Below the pieces are notes generated by a model that made no database searches, had not been told where the DNA came from, and saw only the letters and a program-made list of their open reading frames with translations. Positions 26,731 through 28,109 of a stretch of DNA of 28,109 nucleotides are shown piece by piece. Each line of letters begins with the position of its first letter. The stretch's first letter is position 1. The position numbers and the translations under genes were made by a program. The DNA comes from a virus. Lineage: Duplodnaviria > Caudoviricetes. Where the stretch lies: positions 1 to 28,109 of IMG/VR virus record IMGVR_UViG_3300025502_000112. One strand, 5' to 3'.

Positions 26731-27134
26731 AGCATCCACTCCTTCGGAATCTCACCAACACAATATTTAATATCCCTCTTGTTGCACCAATCACTGTATC
26801 TCTGCTTCTTTAGTTTGGTAGTCCATCCATCTGATTGGAACACCATTCTAATATCTACGTCTGGGTTACAAGCAATTACTGATTCCATCTTTGTTCTGTC
26901 ACTAGGTTTGAACCAACCCTTTGCTTCTAGGTAAATGCCACTAGGCAACCTGAAGTCTGTAAGGTACGTTGCATACTGCAAGATGTTAACACCACCACAA
27001 CCTTGACATACCATTTCCCTACTAGTCCTCTTACGATACTTTAAAGTGGTACACTCATATGTAAATCCCTCTGGTAAGGTGAGAGCTAAGCGAGTCTCAA
27101 GCTTACTTCGGTATCTGTTACTTTTCTGCTTCAT
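26727..27134 (-). CDS. Endonuclease I (T7 gp3-like Holliday junction resolvase)
   Basis: YRSKLE...YLTDF.LPSGIYLEAKG...DIRMVF...IPKEW. Confidence 0.9.
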   Translation of the reverse strand: MKQKSNRYRSKLETRLALTLPEGFTYECTTLKYRKRTSREMVCQGCGGVNILQYATYLTDFRLPSGIYLEAKGWFKPSDRTKMESVIACNPDVDIRMVFQSDGWTTKLKKQRYSDWCNKRDIKYCVGEIPKEWML

Positions 27135-27840
27135 TAGCGTACCCTTCTATGTTCATTGGCATTAGTGTATCTTTTTGAATCATCCACAAGAGCTGAGTGT
27201 TCTGTACCATTCTAGTAAACCACCCATCACCAAAGAACTCTTCATACTTCTCTTCTACTAACTTATCCCAGTCTTCTCTTTTGGTTTCGTCCAACAGCTT
27301 CTCTGCTTTCTTAGGACCAATACCCTTAATTCCTGGAATGTTATCTACCTTATCTCCCATCAACATCTGCTTGTAGAAGAACTTAGTACCCCCTTCTGGT
27401 GTTACTGTTTGCCACTCTTTCTTAACGTAGTTGTAATGCCACCCAGCCACCATCAATAAGTCTTTATCTATTGTAGCTATTGCTGTCTCGTTTGTTTGGT
27501 GTTCAGCTAGTGCATCATCAGCTTCTTTCCCATCTACAATCTCAGTGTTATAGTTCTTCTCTAGATAATCTCTTATTGCTTGATAGTGTACTGGCTTACT
27601 CACACCCTTTCTATTAGCCTTGTACTCAGAATCTATTGTATACCTAAAGTTATCCTTTCCTGTCAGAAACCCTACATACTCATCAGGTCCCGTATCATTC
27701 AATAGGGAAGTCATAAACCTCTTTACAGTGTACAAAGCATAGCGCACTGGTTCTGCTTCTATCTCCCCATCTGGCATCTTATGTTGTGTAGCAAACCCTA
27801 CTCTATATACTATAGGGTCTAAGTCTATTAATAGTTTCAT
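27118..27840 (-). CDS. 5'-3' exonuclease / flap endonuclease (T7 gp6-like)
   Basis: LLIDLD, YKANR, EADD, IDKDL, GDKVDNIPGIKGIGPKKA. Confidence 0.92.
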   Translation of the reverse strand: MKLLIDLDPIVYRVGFATQHKMPDGEIEAEPVRYALYTVKRFMTSLLNDTGPDEYVGFLTGKDNFRYTIDSEYKANRKGVSKPVHYQAIRDYLEKNYNTEIVDGKEADDALAEHQTNETAIATIDKDLLMVAGWHYNYVKKEWQTVTPEGGTKFFYKQMLMGDKVDNIPGIKGIGPKKAEKLLDETKREDWDKLVEEKYEEFFGDGWFTRMVQNTQLLWMIQKDTLMPMNIEGYANEAEK

Positions 27841-27856
27841 ATAGTCTTACCTTTCT

Positions 27857-27933
27857 TGGTGCGCCCAGCAGGAATCGAACCTGCAACCCCCAGCTTAGAA
27901 GGCTGGTGCTCTATCCGATTGAGCTATAGGCGC
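27857..27933 (-). tRNA. tRNA-Arg (anticodon UCU)
   Basis: GCGCCTA acceptor / TGGGCGC-A-CCA; anticodon arm CCAGC-CTTCTAA-GCTGG; GGTTCGATTCC T-arm. Confidence 0.95.
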
Positions 27934-27941
27934 AATCCCTA

Positions 27942-28109
27942 TTAGGAGAAGTCTGGAGCTGTGTCCTCTTCACCAGAAGCTCGGTTGTTATCTACACACC
28001 AGCGAGGTAAGCCATACATAGCCTTCTGTGCTGGGTTGTTCTCATCATCTACATCACCAGTACACCCATCAGTAATACCACCTTCTGCTACATCCTTCTG
28101 ATACTTCTC
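27942..28109 (-). CDS. C-terminus of an acidic-tailed protein, possibly ssDNA-binding (partial)
   Basis: Open frame from the right edge ...MYGLPRWCVDNNRASGEEDTAPDFS*; position upstream of the exonuclease. Confidence 0.45.
   Translation of the reverse strand, partial: EKYQKDVAEGGITDGCTGDVDDENNPAQKAMYGLPRWCVDNNRASGEEDTAPDFS

Noticed and set aside
27857-27933. tRNA as prophage attachment site
   Set aside because: Phage genes flank both sides; no integrase or duplicated 3' end seen

Overview
About 28 kb of a lytic podovirus-type phage genome with a two-arm layout resembling SIO1/VpV262/cobavirus-like phages; the family assignment is inferred, not searched. Bases 1-1446 hold small early genes on the minus strand. 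They are driven by a sigma70 promoter and separated by two 50-nt hairpin repeats. Bases 1514-2035 are non-coding and probably contain the physical genome end or packaging region. Bases 2036-22550 are a plus-strand virion arm: terminase small subunit (apparently a non-AUG start behind a structured leader), a LysM/PG-binding/lysozyme-like protein, terminase large subunit, portal, Zn-ribbon protein, scaffold, major capsid, a tail fibre followed by a partly decayed array of small fibre-tip/chaperone genes, holin-like genes, tail adaptor, hub and needle, and ejection proteins. A bidirectional terminator at about 22570 separates this arm from a minus-strand replication arm: class II ribonucleotide reductase, DUF3310, metallophosphoesterase, three small exported or membrane proteins including a 6-Cys peptide, endonuclease I, 5'-3' exonuclease and tRNA-Arg(UCU). 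All calls come from motif recognition by eye. No searches or folding programs were run.
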